Notes: generated by a model from the letters alone, not told the origin. A stretch of DNA of 63,132 nucleotides, filler included, from Atractiella rhizophila (GCA_021432655.1; 4 parts of 4 records of this genome joined end to end with filler, not necessarily neighbours in it), one strand, 5' to 3'. Positions 1 through 13,396 are shown, counted from the first letter of the whole stretch. A program made the numbers and translations.

Positions 1-82
1 TTCTCGATTTACTGTTTCGTTACCTGTACTTGTAGAGGGACGACAAATTGAAGTACAATGATTATCCATTATCTAATTGGCC

Positions 83-219
83 TGATCCCTCGGGGTACCC
101 GTATCCCTTCCCCGTCGCGGGTAGCGCTTAAGGGGGGAGGGAAGGGGATGGGTTGACTTTTTAGACGTCAAACCCTGCACGGGGAAACCCGTCCACGGGC
201 ACCCCGAATGGGAGCCTTA
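83..219 (-). mobile_element. Possible end of a hAT-like DNA transposon/MITE
   Basis: GC-rich island with clustered ACCCG/CGGGT/ACGGG motifs. The minus strand begins TAAGGCTCCCATTCGGG, resembling hAT termini with subterminal repeats. The partner end is not in the window. Confidence 0.3.
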
Positions 220-267
220 CTTTCATTCGAGAATACACAGTCGTAGTATTATAAAAATAAGAATCTT

Positions 268-1045
268 TTATCGCTCGCCGAGTTCCTCTCGAAACCGGAT
301 CAGTTCCACAGCAAACAACTGGCCCCAGCTTGGCAGTGAGAGCGAGCCGTCCGTTTCTTCCAACGCCTCAAGCGCCGCAGGATCCGAACACAGATACTCT
401 CGAACTAAATGCTCCACTAAAGAACGTTTCTCCCTCAATGCGTTATGACCTGGATGTGAACGCAACCTCTCATACAGTGCGCAAGCGTCCTGCCCGTTTC
501 GAGTGCCTTGAATTGCGAAGAATTGGGTACTTCGTGCAGGAAAGCGACAAGCAAGGAGAGCACTGAACAAAGGATTGAACACATCATCTTTGATGTATAG
601 GAACACATACGATAAACAATTTGAGAACTCGAAAACATCAGGTCCGATGGAAATGCTGATAGGGTCACCTCGTGCAGCCCCAGGATTGAGAATGTGATCC
701 CAGTCAATATAAGTTGTGGCGCCTCCCACATCACGACGAGCTTCCCTGCGACGACGAGCATCGGGAGGTGGTGTATTTACTCTCGGTTGAGGCTCAAAAT
801 CTTCCTCGTCGAGATCCTCGTGAACCATTTCTGCCCATGGTTCGCCAGTTAATGGATCGTCGTCGTTTCTGCGATGCAGAAAATCGGACTCTGAAAGCGA
901 AATTACGTTTTATTACGTTGTAAGGAGGAATAACGAACCATCACTTCCAACGTCTGAAAGATCATCATCAAAAATATCAACATTCACCGTTGCTCGTCGG
1001 GGCAGAAGCAGACGCTCCCAGAAATCTCTGCGCCATTGCCAGTCC
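268..1045 (-). CDS. Hypothetical protein (5' boundary uncertain)
   Basis: 186-aa ORF 268-828 that extends upstream through a GT..AG intron at ~891-938 (..DDDLSDVGSD/ESDFLHRR..). No recognisable domain. Confidence 0.4.
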
Positions 1046-2161
1046 ATTATTTTGTTGTTAAATTAGATCAGTTGGAGAACAGATAAGGAGATGTTAACAA
1101 AGGTTACCACTGACATCGAAACGCTAGGGATTTTATAATCGGACCCTTGTGACCTTGAATGACTATAGCTTCATCTCAGCAGGTAAGACAGAACAAAGGC
1201 AAAGCTTTGTCGTTTATTGCCTTTACAAGGGCTTATCAGTGACAATGGGTCAGCAGTCGAATAACGCCGAACAAGGCACAAGGTCAAGGGAAAGTAACTT
1301 AAAATTCAATATCATTGAAACAACATCACAATAAGACACAATGTGACATAGTACAGCATGACAAGAGTTGATAGCAGCCAGGTACTATCAAAAGACCACA
1401 ATGACAGGACACGCATCTCCAATAAATACAAAGAAATGAGGGGGAAATAATACAGTTCACTGACAGTCAAGGCTCTGCCATGTGAATGAGACAGGTGAGA
1501 ATTACTAAGGACTCCAATAACCATAAGGAAAAGTCAGACAGAATACAGGGGCACACTTGCCAACTTGAATTCAAGGCAAGTCAGTAAGACAGCAGCTGTA
1601 GGCTTTAGAGATATGTATATTGGAAGCTAATCCCAAGCGGACACTGAAAGCATCATCAGGAACTCACAGGCTCATGGGGGATGTGTCACAGCAACCCTCT
1701 CCGTCTCGCCTCTGACAAACTTCACATCATGATATCGTTTTCAGCCTCAGCAATCTCTCTCCACTAACTCTGGGGAACGACCGGGACCTTATTCGTATCA
1801 TGTTAGGTTCCGTACGAGACAGACTTGCAGTGAGAATTTGGGATACATGAGATATCTGAGATGTGATGCGCAATGAGCTTCAAATTGCAGAGTTTGGAGA
1901 TGCGGGAGAGACGTTCGAACCTTCCGCTTAGTCATCAACTAGCTCAAGGCGAAAGACGGTGTATTATGAGAGTCCGTAATGCGCTATTGCCTAGAAATAC
2001 AACAGCGACACCATGCCTTCACTGCGCTAACTACACCACTGCAACCGCAACCGACCGACTCACAGTAAAGAGTAAACGATGAGAACGAGAGCGAAAACCA
2101 ACGACAACCGAATCCCAAATAAAATCTGCAAACGTCCTTCCTCAAGGCATAAGCATCATTG

Positions 2162-3581
2162 CTACCCTCTTGCTCCTACATAATCGTAACTCTCATAAGG
2201 CCCATTTTTCGAATTGACCGTGAGTGCAGGGCTCAGAGGGTCGAGGTTCGTGCTCGCTCTCTTCGAACCTCCCGCGGCAATCTTCTCATCGTCCTATCCA
2301 ATAACCAACCGACGACGCAAGGGATGTCAGATGATTTATTGGCTCCGAACTTCGGAAAGTAAGGAGGACGTACCCCTTCTACACCATCTCCTTGAACGGT
2401 TAATTTCTCCGCCAACATCTTCATCAACACGAAAGCGGGAGCCAACACAGCAGCCACACTGGCGATGATGATTGAAATGACCTCTATAGCAGGTTTATAG
2501 ACCTTCTTGCACTGTTTGCACAAGTAATCGACCAACAACGTCCTTTGAGGCGTCGTTGTATCACCCACATCAGGCATGAGGTCTCTCGAAGCCACGATTT
2601 CGAGTTGAGAAGACAAGGACGTTGCATCCCTGACGAGTTGAGCGACTGCCGGATCCGTATTATCGTCGAACACGGGCCAGCTTCCGCTTGTAGTTCCGAG
2701 GACGACTTGGGTGATTGTATCGGTGTAGGGGATCACGCCGTCGGGGACGCCGGAGATGGTGTTGTGGTGGAACATCTTGACGGAGAGGACGGTGGATCCG
2801 TTCATGAAGGTGGTCGCGATCTGGTGGGCGGAGTTGGAGACGTTCACGTAAGAGAGTAGGAGATCTTGGATCGCTACTTGTCCGCTGATGGCTAGCTGTG
2901 TGCGCTCGGAATCGACTACGGTGCAGAGGATGCGGAGGTTGGTGCCGCAATAATAACAAGTTGCACTGTTGAGCAAGGGATTTGTTAATGGGGAATGGTT
3001 GGAAGATGGAGGAGATGACGAACGTAGTTGAGGATTCACTATCGAGATGTATCATGATTGATTGCTCATACATCACACACTCGAGCGGTGTTGCAGTCCA
3101 GGTCAGACTGAGGATCGAATAGTCTATCGGTCCTGTTGAGTTCTGACCAAATCCAAGCGGTGTCCAAGGGAATGTGCCTAGATCATCCCAGAAGGGACGG
3201 GCATATCACACAAGTCCCAGGGAAGCAGTAGTAGATGGACGAACCGATAGTCCCCACCTCGCCAACTGCATCATTCTCCACCGGTCGAGTATAATATGTG
3301 CTCGCGAACCTCAACCGTGCTGGCTCGCATGCAGCTCGATCCCATTCGGCGGTGGAGTAGGAGAGGCATTGTCGGATCTTAGCTTGCGTGAAGAAGTTCC
3401 AGAGGATGAGACCGATCAGTCCTGTATTCCACGCCAGCAAATGCGACGGATTGAGCATTAATGAGGAAATGAGACAGAGAGACAAACCGAGAAGCCATGC
3501 GAGGTAGAGGGCGATGGTTGTCCCAGTCCCGAATAATCTCGTTGGCGTATAAGCCGCTCGTGCCCATCCTGGAAGTCTCAT
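2162..3581 (-). CDS. Putative membrane protein with N- and C-terminal TM helices, multi-exon
   Basis: N-terminal hydrophobic stretch (TIALYLAWLLGLSLCLISS), Cys-containing lumenal region, YLC-x-C motif followed by TM segment (VISIIIASVAAVLAPAFVLM). Terminal intron at ~2294-2371. Confidence 0.55.
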
Positions 3582-4150
3582 ATTTTCGATACTTCTCCAA
3601 TGCCAACGGGAGTGCTCAGGAGTAACAAATTTGTCGCTAGTTGGCTCTGATAAGCTGGAGAACTACTCGCGAGCGCAGTTAGCGAAAGAAAAATAGCGTG
3701 ATATATCGATATTTGGGGGAGAAAGAAAGCGCTCACTTTTATACCGCCTCTGGATTGAGAATGGGAACGAGTCGCCATGAAAACCCATGGGTGGGAAGTC
3801 TGGGCAGACTCCTGGAATATATCCAAACATTGAATGAGAATCCAACGCCCATTCCGCACCGACGGCTTCCAACTGCCGACAGTCGCAAAGGCGCAAAGTT
3901 TGAGATAGACTGAGTGGCGTATTGCCAGGTAATGCCATCGAGCACAGGAGTAGTTCACTCTTTCTTGTCCAGTGTGGGTGAGTGGGTGGGTGATAGAGAC
4001 AGAATAAGGGAAAGCGCTGCATAATGCAACCTTATCTTGGAGACGGAAAACACGACAAATATAAACAACCGCTCCTCCAAAACTGAGCTGCTGTTGTGTC
4101 CTTGATATCACTCAAAGTATCCATAGAGGCTAGTATAGAAGTAAAGCGCC

Positions 4151-4820
4151 ATGGCCACTCAACTGGACTCGTTACCTTGTGCGCAATTCCTTCTCAATTT
4201 TCAGTCCTGCAGAACTGACCTTTTCATGGAAAGACATCGACAACGAGCTCGACCATTCTCCCTCGACGCGCCAACACCTCTCCGCTCTCATCTCTCGCGA
4301 GCTTTCCAAACAATCCACATCCACCAAGTCGCTGCATCCATCCGTCCCCTCTCTCCCACCCTCCAAAATCCAACTTCCCTCTCTGCCCACAGAACCCTTA
4401 GACCGCTCACGCTACTCCCTACCCTCCCTCCCTTCCGCTCAAGATTCGTTGAACAATGCCTCCTCGCAGCTCGCACACCAGTCCATTCGTCTTTCTCATT
4501 TGGAGATGTTGTCAAAACTTGGAGGCGATAAATGGAAATTGGTCAATTGGGAGTTGGAGAAAGAGGTGGCGAGGTTTGAGGAGGGGAGGGAGGGGTGGGA
4601 GGGGAGGAGAGAGGAAATTAATAGGATGAGGAAGGCGGAACAGGAGAGCACGGGTGTGGTGTTAGAGGAGTTGGAGAGGAGGTGGAGGGAGGGTTTGAGT
4701 AGGGTTGTCATGTTGGATGTGGAAAATGCTAGGTTGGAACAGGAAGTGAGGGCACTGGAGGAGGATGAGAAGGCGGTTGGAGAGAGGTTGCAGGAGAGAG
4801 GCGTGAAACTCGACTTTTAG
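4151..4820 (+). CDS. SPF27: Pre-mRNA splicing factor SPF27/BCAS2 (Prp19 complex)
   Basis: Splicing intron 4179-4233 gives MATQLDSLPYIDNE (BCAS2 N-terminal D-x-LPYID motif). Also 'RYSLP', 'NASSQLAHQSIRLSHLEMLSKLGGDKWK' and a coiled-coil 'LEELERRW'. Confidence 0.88.
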
Positions 4821-5447
4821 CTCTCAAGTGGGTCGATTCAAAATTTGCTTCTTTAGACGGACGGGATGGAGAGGTTTGAACTGCGCGGACAAGTTATCCT
4901 GCAAGTGGAACGGCGCAAATTCACCATGAATGCGCTCAAGTGCAACTTGAAGAGATGTCTTTTGACAACGTCCATTTCAGGGGATGGGAGAACCAAGGCT
5001 TTAGGGTTTGTATGTCTTGGAAGAGAGCGTGTACATAGAAGCTCAAATCATATTGCTTACCGAAACGTCGAGGAAAACCTCCAAACTGTGAACCCGGCAA
5101 CTAGACCGTTTGAAACTGGACCAAGAAGGTTGACCCGTCCGGCCTCCACACCTAATCACGCCTTCTGCTTACAGAGCATGCAGTCCTGAGGGTCCTCTGC
5201 CGTTTCAGCAGTCGGGGAGAAATCCACAACTCCACGCTCATCGATGTTGTCCGCTGTTTGTCCCTTCAAAAAATGCGATAAAGTTATAGTTTATCGATCC
5301 TTTCAATTTTGCGGACGGGCCGATCGATAGCGGCAACGCCCGAGTCGCAGCCGTTTATAAGAAGACGTCTTCCTGACTTGACGAATTTTTTCGCCCCTCG
5401 AATCAGCTCGACATCGACTTAACCCCATCAGAGAGAACATTGCGATC

Positions 5448-5459
5448 ATGGCTTTCTAA
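5448..5459 (+). promoter_or_regulatory. uORF1 (Met-Ala-Phe-stop) in the bZIP leader
   Basis: ATG GCT TTC TAA downstream of a TATA-like TTTATAAG at ~5354. Parallels the 3-codon uORF1 of yeast GCN4. Confidence 0.75.
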
Positions 5460-5552
5460 AGCTCGTTGCGTCTTAGGACTCAATAGCGAATCGATAGATT
5501 CCTACCACTCACTTTGAGTGATTTTTTACAGTAACAAACAGTCTTTGCCATC

Positions 5553-5636
5553 ATGGCGTTCCTTCAAGGATGTCTCCTCCAGTCTACAGGACGGTGTAGA
5601 GAAGAAAACACAACTCAAACCACAAACCAATCATAG
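5553..5636 (+). promoter_or_regulatory. uORF2 (27 codons, MAFLQGCLL...) with a nested 9-codon uORF at 5570-5599
   Basis: ATG in good context (GCCATCATGG), TAG at 5634-5636. Matches the cpc-1/cpcA-type two-uORF layout. Confidence 0.65.
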
Positions 5637-5851
5637 CTTCTTAGCCTTTGATTTTCTTTTGATTCTTCATTAGAAAACACATTCTCGGTTCAGATTCCTA
5701 CTTTATAAAAGCAAAGCAAGAAAAAAAGAATTATCTTATTTCGTTTGAAGTCCACCTGTTGTGAACCCCAATTGTCTCGTTCTACTCGACTCCTCTTTAA
5801 AGACCTTTTGATTCTTTGATTTTCTAAAATTCCACAAGAAACAAGAAAACA

Positions 5852-7448
5852 ATGGCTTTCCCCTCCGTACCGTCTTTCGACACCTTCGACTCCGGACTCG
5901 TTTCGAAGCAACAACAACAACAACCACACGATCAACACCAGACAGGAATGGAGAGAGAGAAGAATATGTTCGACATCGACTTTGAGAGTCTGTATGGAGA
6001 ACTTGGGAAGGGAAGTGGAGACAGGAATGGAATGGGAGTGAATGGTGATTTCGGTACGTCTGCGCTTTTGTGCATCCATCAATTGTGGTTGACTCAAACT
6101 ATGATTCGCTCGATTTGTTGACTCGCGTTGTTTTTATAATCAGATCTCGGAATCGACAACTACTCTACCTCCATCCCTGGATCTGGTCCTGTCCCTGAGT
6201 CTCAGCATACTCAACAAGTCGAGAACAACGAATTCGAGGATCTGTTCTCCAAGTTTTTCGACTCTTCCAAGGTAGACGATCAATTTTCTAACATCCTATC
6301 CACAAGCAACGGTGGCGCCTCCGCTCTCGCGTACAGCAGTGCTTTCTCCTCCGTTAACAGCACCAGCCCCGTCTTTGATCCTCTATCTTCCGGGAATAAC
6401 GCCCCGTTTGATTTCACTTCCACCGCTCCGATCTTCGACTTCGACTTCAACATGAATGGCACATTTCCCCCATCCGGGTCCCTTGGTACCCTCAGCTCTC
6501 CTGACGACGACCTCCTTGTGACCCCTCCGCAGATCATGCAAGGCTTCTCTTCTCCTCACGAAGGCGATATCCCTACCGGAGACTTCTTCCCCCCACCTCC
6601 TACGGCTATGCCGATGAAGTCTTTCGAGCGCGCCTTCGAAATGAAGTCCGAAGTACAAGCATTCAAGAGTGTTCCTCTCCCGGGCACTGTTATGTCTACT
6701 TCATCTGTCGTTGGGAGTGGAAATGTCGGAAGGAGGAGCGTGAGGAGGCACACAGTCACGAGGTCTCCGGGCTCCGCGACCCAGGATGAGTTTGCGATCG
6801 AACCAGCCCTGCTCAGTGGGACGAGCGCAAGCAACTCGCCGGTCGAATCCCCATCCCCTGTGGATTATCAAACCTCCTTGCCCCAAAGGAGGACGAGCAC
6901 GGCGAGGAGCACGACAATCGAACGTGCTACGAGTGTTCTGCCCAACTTCCAAACTTCGGTTCCCCTCCACGTTAGGACGCCTATTAACTTGGATGCGCCC
7001 ACGCAGCCAAGGTTTGTTCTACCTTTCATGTATCTGTAGTCAGTGACGATGCTGACATGCCTTGACGCTCAGGATGTACATCACCTCTTCGTCCACGTCG
7101 AGGAAGGAGATCCCTGCGTTCGTGGAGAAGCAATTGGCACGAAAGAAGTTCCAGAAGCGTCAAATCACGACGGACACCCTCCGTGCGGCCGCCTCTGGCA
7201 CTGCTGATCTGCCTGCTTCTGAAGCTGCATTGCCGAAGAAGATTTTGGAATCTATCGAGAAGAAGAGGATGCAGAATACCATGGCTGCGAGGAGAAGTCG
7301 ATTAAGGAGGGAAGAACAACTTAGGGCGTTGGAGGAGGAAGTATTGAGGTTGAGGGAGGAGGGTCTAGAGTGGAAGACGCGGTATGATGTTGCGAGGAGG
7401 TGCCTAGAGAGGTGCGGGAGACAGCAGTGGGTGAAGGATAACGAGTGA
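5852..7448 (+). CDS. GCN4: Gcn4/Cpc1-type bZIP transcription factor
   Basis: Introns 6054-6143 and 7012-7072 join one frame. C-terminal basic region KRMQNTMAARRSRLRR plus leucine zipper; 'LDAPTQPRMYITSSSTSRKEIP' motif; uORF-containing leader. Confidence 0.8.
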
Positions 7449-8096
7449 GGAGAGGGTGTTGGATGGAGAAGGAGGAAAGATAGACGTCTGTATGGGGTTT
7501 TCTTTCTAGAGTTCGGTGGTGGTTGTTTGGTCCGTATTGTTTGTTCGGTTGGAAAGAGTGAGGAAAGGGGAGGAGTTGGAAGAAGATGGAGGGGAAAGCC
7601 TCAAAAGAAAGAGAGCTTTTAATGCTTCGAAACCTTCGTGTTTCACGACATCTTTTCAAGTTTGCTTTATCACAATTTTCAATTTCTTCTGTGACCTTCC
7701 TTTTTGCCTCGTATTCTTTCAGTCCTTGAAGACTCGGAGCAAGAGAAGGAATATATGACTTTACGCTTCTCTTTTCCCGTTGATTGTCTGCTCCAGTTTG
7801 GATAACGGTCTTTACGCGGTTTCTTCTCAAGTCGGTTTGATGTGATGTCTCAAAATACAATTACTTATATGCGCTATCGAATATCAAGCTCAGTTTCCCC
7901 ATAATGTTGTCATCCTGTGTCGAGGCCAGAAGAAAACGGCGGGCTGAGATAAACGATAAACGTCGTGACGTCGTGGGGATAGATCACGTGGATGCTTACG
8001 TACGACAAAACGACCAATTCTCCTTTGCCACAATCTTTTATCAAAGTTACAACATCGCCATAATCCTCTACAAACTTATAATCTTAATGCATCCCG

Positions 8097-9781
8097 ATGC
8101 GCCTCTCTCCTCGTATCCTCAACGCAACCAAGAGCGCGAACTACGTCTTCCCACATGCGACTTCGTACGTGTCCAAACCCGCAGGATGGGCCATCCCCAA
8201 AGATTCGAAAGGATTCATCAACACTTTGGCGAACGACAACCCGATCGTTAGATGGTATGAGAAGCAGCTCAGGAGTAGTGGAGGCGTGGCGTTTGAGGGG
8301 ACGGAGAAGGAGAAACTGAGGAAGAGTGGGGAGGACGCGTTTTTCATGACCAGTATGAAGGATGGCACGGTAAGCCGAGGTTTCTTCCCAACAGGTAGAA
8401 TTGGGTGAAGGGAAGTTGAGATCTTGTTCTGGTATGTGTAGGGACTGGCCATGGGCGTTCAGGACGGTGTAGGCGGTTATTCGGATTCGGGAATCGATGC
8501 GAAGGACTATTCGATCGCGCTCGCCTATTATTGTTCACGGTTATTTGCCTCTTTCCGTCTCTATCCACCATCGAATTCAATACATGAAGACACCACTTCT
8601 CCCAGCTCTTCCTCCGCCGCTCTCTTGGAAGAGAACCCGCCTCCCGCCTTCGCAGGCTCTTGGCTCCCTCCACTCCCCTCAGGATCGGCGACCAGTCGAG
8701 GGAGTGCCGGTGGTGCGAACGGGAATGGGTTTCGGAGCTATTCTACCTGGTCCCAAGATGAGGGAGGCGAAACAGAGCGAAGTGTAGCGGTTCTGGACGA
8801 AGAAGAGGGAGAGCGGTTCGTGCTTCAACAGGCAGTAAGCGAGATGGGGAAGGATGATTCTATATTGGCTGGTACGTTGTTCGTCTATGGAGAGAAATAA
8901 ACTCATGCTTAAAAAGGCGGCAGGTTTGTTATTTGCCTAATACTGTTTTCGGCACCTGAATAAAGGAATAGTACGAGCTGTCTTGTCACCTTGAACTCCA
9001 AAACTGCAGCTTTGCGGTCACTTAAGTATGCCCCTCCTTCACATATCCTATACCTCCCTGAAAAAGGTACTGGACGCTGACTGGTGTGAAATAGCCTAGG
9101 GGACTCAGGATTCCTTGTCCTCCGCTCCTCCCGCGTCATCTACTCCTCTCCTCCCCTTACCACTGGCTTCAATGCACCTCTGCAACTGTACAAGGGACCT
9201 TCCTATGGCCAGCGCATGCGAGCATTACAATCCTCCCGTCGCTCTCTTCTCAACCAAGGACAGCTACGAAACTTCTTACGCCTCACCGGTTCTTCCCCCA
9301 AGTTAGATCGGTGGGTTCTGAGCCGGGCAGAGAGCAACAAGCTGCAGTTGAAAGCGGGCGATGTGGTGATCGTCTCCACTGATGGATACTCGGATAATGT
9401 GTGGGAGAAGGAGACGGAGATGATTGTGGAACTCGTGATGAAGGAGAGAGGGGAGTTGGATGATGACACACTGATGAAGAAGCTCGCTAATGTTCGTCAC
9501 TCCTCTCTCCGTCGTCCTTCCATCCTCTCTTGTCATTCTGGCTTCCGCTCATAAATTGATATTACGTGCAGAGCTGCGTCTCGTTCGCCTCTCAATGCGC
9601 GTGGAATGTACGTTTTCTTCCTCTCCTTGGGTTCCTACCATTGAATAAACTGACCGGGAGTGAACAGCGTACAAAATACACACCATTTGAGCACGAAGCC
9701 AGACAATATGGAGAGTTGGAGGTGCGAGGTGGAAAGGTGGACGATATCACTGTTCAGTGTGCGCTTGTGGTTGAAAAATAA
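8097..9781 (+). CDS. PTC7: PP2C-family phosphatase, PTC7-like (probably mitochondrial)
   Basis: Motifs GEDAFF, GVQDGVGG, AGGSTSC (via a microexon), NLGDSGF, GFNAPLQL, GDVVIVSTDGYSDN, GGKVDDITV. Basic N-terminus. Confidence 0.88.
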
Positions 9782-10202
9782 TCCGGCTGCTTTTTGAGTC
9801 ACTTTACTTCAGGATTTCGACTTTCGCGATGTAGTAATTCGAAGTATTCTATTGGAGTATCTTTATCTCAGTTCTGATGTTCTTCTTCCTTTGAGCGTTT
9901 CATGCTGCAGTTGTGGATTTGTAGCACCCATGTTCATACCATATCTTCATAGTACTTGGAGTATTCCTGCATTGCATACTCGATTGATAATAATCATGCC
10001 ATGTTGAATGTTGCTACTTCAAACTTGGTGAAAATAAAATATCCAAAAGAGGAATATGCCGAATGGCCAGGTCACGTTCAACCTCCACGAAAGCGCGTCT
10101 TTCCATGTCAAAGGCGAAGGGGCGTCAGTTCATCAAGGCATCGTCACTTCAGAAAGCATAGCATTGGCCGCCTAACAATTCTGTACGACTTTCAAACTCG
10201 CA

Positions 10203-12896
10203 ATGTCGCACTCTACGCCACGACAGAAGTCGTCACTCCCAAAGTCTGCGAGCGGCAACTCAGTTGTGACACCTCAGGCTGGTGGTCATGGCATATTTAA
10301 GCCCTCTGAACTCTCGAGGATCACGAAGAGCCTTAGCGTGAAGGCAATCGCTGCGAAAGACGCGGTTGAGGTGACGATGTTTTCGAGGGTAAGCTCTTCT
10401 CCTGTTATCGGTACCTGGGGCAAGTGTTGAATCATTGTTTGTTCCTCTTCTTGCTTGGTTGGATCCAGGTTACGATTCCCAATATGTGTGTTGTCTCTCT
10501 TATACTAGCTGGAAAGAGCTCACCAGAGTGTTGTTTGCAGGGCACCAGGAAGCACGAAACAGTTTCCCCTATTTCATGAGCCCTCCTCTGTCCCCTTCCG
10601 TCTCGTCCACACTATGCATCAAGCGCTCCCATCCTCCGGCACGCTTCATGCTCCGGAAGCCGATCCTCAGGCAGTTCTTGCAGCTAAGGAGCTCGGTATC
10701 AAAGTTGTGAAATATCGTCGTGGTACACCAGGAGGCGAGGGTGAGGGATTCAGCATGAAGATCACTGTGCGGAACTTTGCAGTCTGCTTGGTGGTGAAGA
10801 ATTCTGGAGGAGCGCACGGACACGGAAGAGTACGAGTGAGGAGTCCTGAACCTATCGGCGGTGGGAGAGCAAGTCCTACCCCCAGTATGGCGTCCACTGT
10901 CATGAACGGGGACGAAAAGGAAGGGACGGACTATTTACTTGCCATCGAGATGGAGGTGGGATACGTCTATCATGGCCCTTCAGACCTCCCTGCTTGTGTC
11001 TCCATCCCCACACCATTCTGTTTGCGGAACACGCTTAAATTCGTCCTTCCTTCGTCATCGTCATCCCTTCTGGACGTTGTTTCTCCTTCCCGACGGTCCA
11101 AAACTCACGCAGCGGCGAACAACGGTTTCGAAGTAAAGGTTCTTCCTGCGCTGAGGGAGAAAGCTAGCAACGTTCACAAGACCGTCAACCGCAGGCGATC
11201 CATGGCATTTGAAGGCATTGCTTCCAGCTCCGAAGACGAAGGGGACGCTCCAACAGACGACGGCGATACAATAGAGGGAAACTTCTCCAGCACGGAAAAG
11301 TTGGATATCCGCTGGGTTCAAGGGACCAGCTCTAATAGAGATGGGATGGAATGGAAGACCGCGGACACAGATTTCGAAATGCGTGTTGGACGATATACGG
11401 AAAGCCTCCTAGACCCTGATCAAACGGAGGGGCAAGACGTGACGGTTTCTTCGACTGGACGAGTACCGGTCAATTTCACTCTGATCTCCAAACTTTCCGG
11501 TCTCACTTTCCCTTCGTGCGATGACACGGGACTCGTAGAGCTAGAGATTGACTCTTTCGTGAATTCGGTTTCAGAAGGTGGGGGTGCAGGAGAAATGCTC
11601 AAGTTGGAAGATGTCAAAGTGGAGGGCTCTTCCATCGCTTCTTGGGAAATTGTGAATTCTCAGTCGAACACAAAGGTCGCAACTTCCCGCGGTCTTCAAC
11701 GCCGTCCTTCATCCATCTATTCAGATCTTGCTTCCAGCGAGCTCACGCCTGGCAAACGTCCCTCTGCAGCTCCTCTGCAGAGTCGGCCATCTTCTATCGC
11801 ATCTGCAGCATCTGCGGGAAGTGGAAGTGGCATCAGCCTCATGAACACACGAGCGCCATTTGGCCGCGAGAGCGAAATTGAGATGTCATTCGAGAACTCT
11901 ATCAATCATGCAGCTTTGGACGATCGACGATCTACTTCACCCTTTCCTGAACGAGAACAGACAAAGAGTACCTTCATATTAAAGATGTATATCGACGTTC
12001 TACAAGTCCTGAAGGAGTTTGCAGAGACTACAGCTCAAGCGAAGACCAGTCCAATGATTGACTCAAGCAGTTTGACGCCAACTCTACAGTTCACCATGGA
12101 GGGCACCATGCTACTTGCTTTCAAGGCTGGCGAGGCTACGCCGATGACCCCCGACTCAGAATCGGACAGCTGGATCGACGTTGAAGGCGCCCATAGCAGG
12201 AATCTCTTGCCTCTTCCCGTCTTCCGGTACATTAACGTTCAATCCCAAACGACCATAATCACTGTAATACCACCATCGCCTTCAAGCAGGGGGCGACATT
12301 CGAAGTCGGAAGGAAGCAGGATCAAGATCCCGCATGGGCTCCCCGTTCTTCCCCTTGATCCAAGCCTCAGGCTGCCTTTAAATGCGATACGAACCAGGCT
12401 CGCTCTCCAACCTGCACATCGTGGGTTTGTTGCCCCGCTTAATGCCAGATTGCACATCTCGATACCGTCCAGTTCTTCTGCCTCCGCATTCAAGGCTCAA
12501 CGTCCCTTGTCCCCTCCGGCTAGTTGGGAACCACCAGATGAACACCTCGTGTCTCCTCTTAGTCGTGGGCCCAAAGGTTTCTCGTCAATTCGAGACTCCA
12601 AAGACAACCTTCTCTCTTCCATTGCCTCTACTTCTGCGTCGGCCTCTCAGAGTCCAAATATGAACTCTTCACTTGACTCCCGTAGATCACTGCCTCAACC
12701 GCCATCTGTCGACATCACAGAAATCAGCTTATCCTCCGTCAAGATCCTTTTAGCTCCAGCGGTTGAGAAAGAGAAGGACAGTATCTCCTATGGACACATC
12801 ACCACCTTTCTTCCCTACTTCTCACCGGGCGAGAATGAGGAGCGTCGCACCTTCGTCATACAGTTCGAAGTTAAGACTATTCTTTTGACGACCTAA
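10203..12896 (+). CDS. Large Ser/Pro-rich hypothetical protein, possibly 3'-truncated at ~12870
   Basis: 760-aa ORF plus small upstream exons. Composition changes abruptly to stop-rich sequence after ~12870. Confidence 0.6.
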
Positions 12897-13189
12897 GCTA
12901 CATAAACGAAAGAGATAGAAGAATGATCTAACTACTTGGAACGTATGGAGGCCCTTATCAAGCGGTAGCGACTTCTCACGGTCGTCACCCCTTCTCACGC
13001 TAAGGATGTGGCTAGAGATGCCTCTTATACAGTAGCTCTAGCTCATGTCGCTGAGGAGTCTACCGTAACGACGGATATTCTGACGCACGTTTCGCGCCCC
13101 TCCCTTCAGCGGACAATAGAACTCCCTATCCCTACACCAGCGCTTTCCCTTTCTTCTTGATAGCGATGCTCCGGACAATTCTGACAGCT

Positions 13190-13396
13190 TGTAAGACAGA
13201 CAGGAATGCAACTTGCAAAATGACGGACAGAAATGCAACTGGCAATATGACAGACAGGGATGCAACTGGCAAACGTTACGTGGTCAACGTTCTATATAGG
13301 ACTTTTGGACCCTCCCTAGATTAACCTTGCTTTGTAGTGTAGAATTGCTGTTAAAGAATTGTTTATCACGTTTGTCTTTATGATCCATAAGTCACA
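13190..13396 (+). mobile_element. Probable solo LTR containing three 27-bp tandem repeats
   Basis: Starts TGTAAG. Unit GACAGACAGGAATGCAACTTGCAAAAT x3 at 13195-13273; TATA-like TCTATATAG; candidate ..GTCACA end. No TSD confirmed. Confidence 0.4.

Noticed and set aside
5640..5851. cpc-1-type non-AUG N-terminal extension of the bZIP
   Set aside because: In-frame TAA at 5825-5827 blocks it unless the region is spliced.
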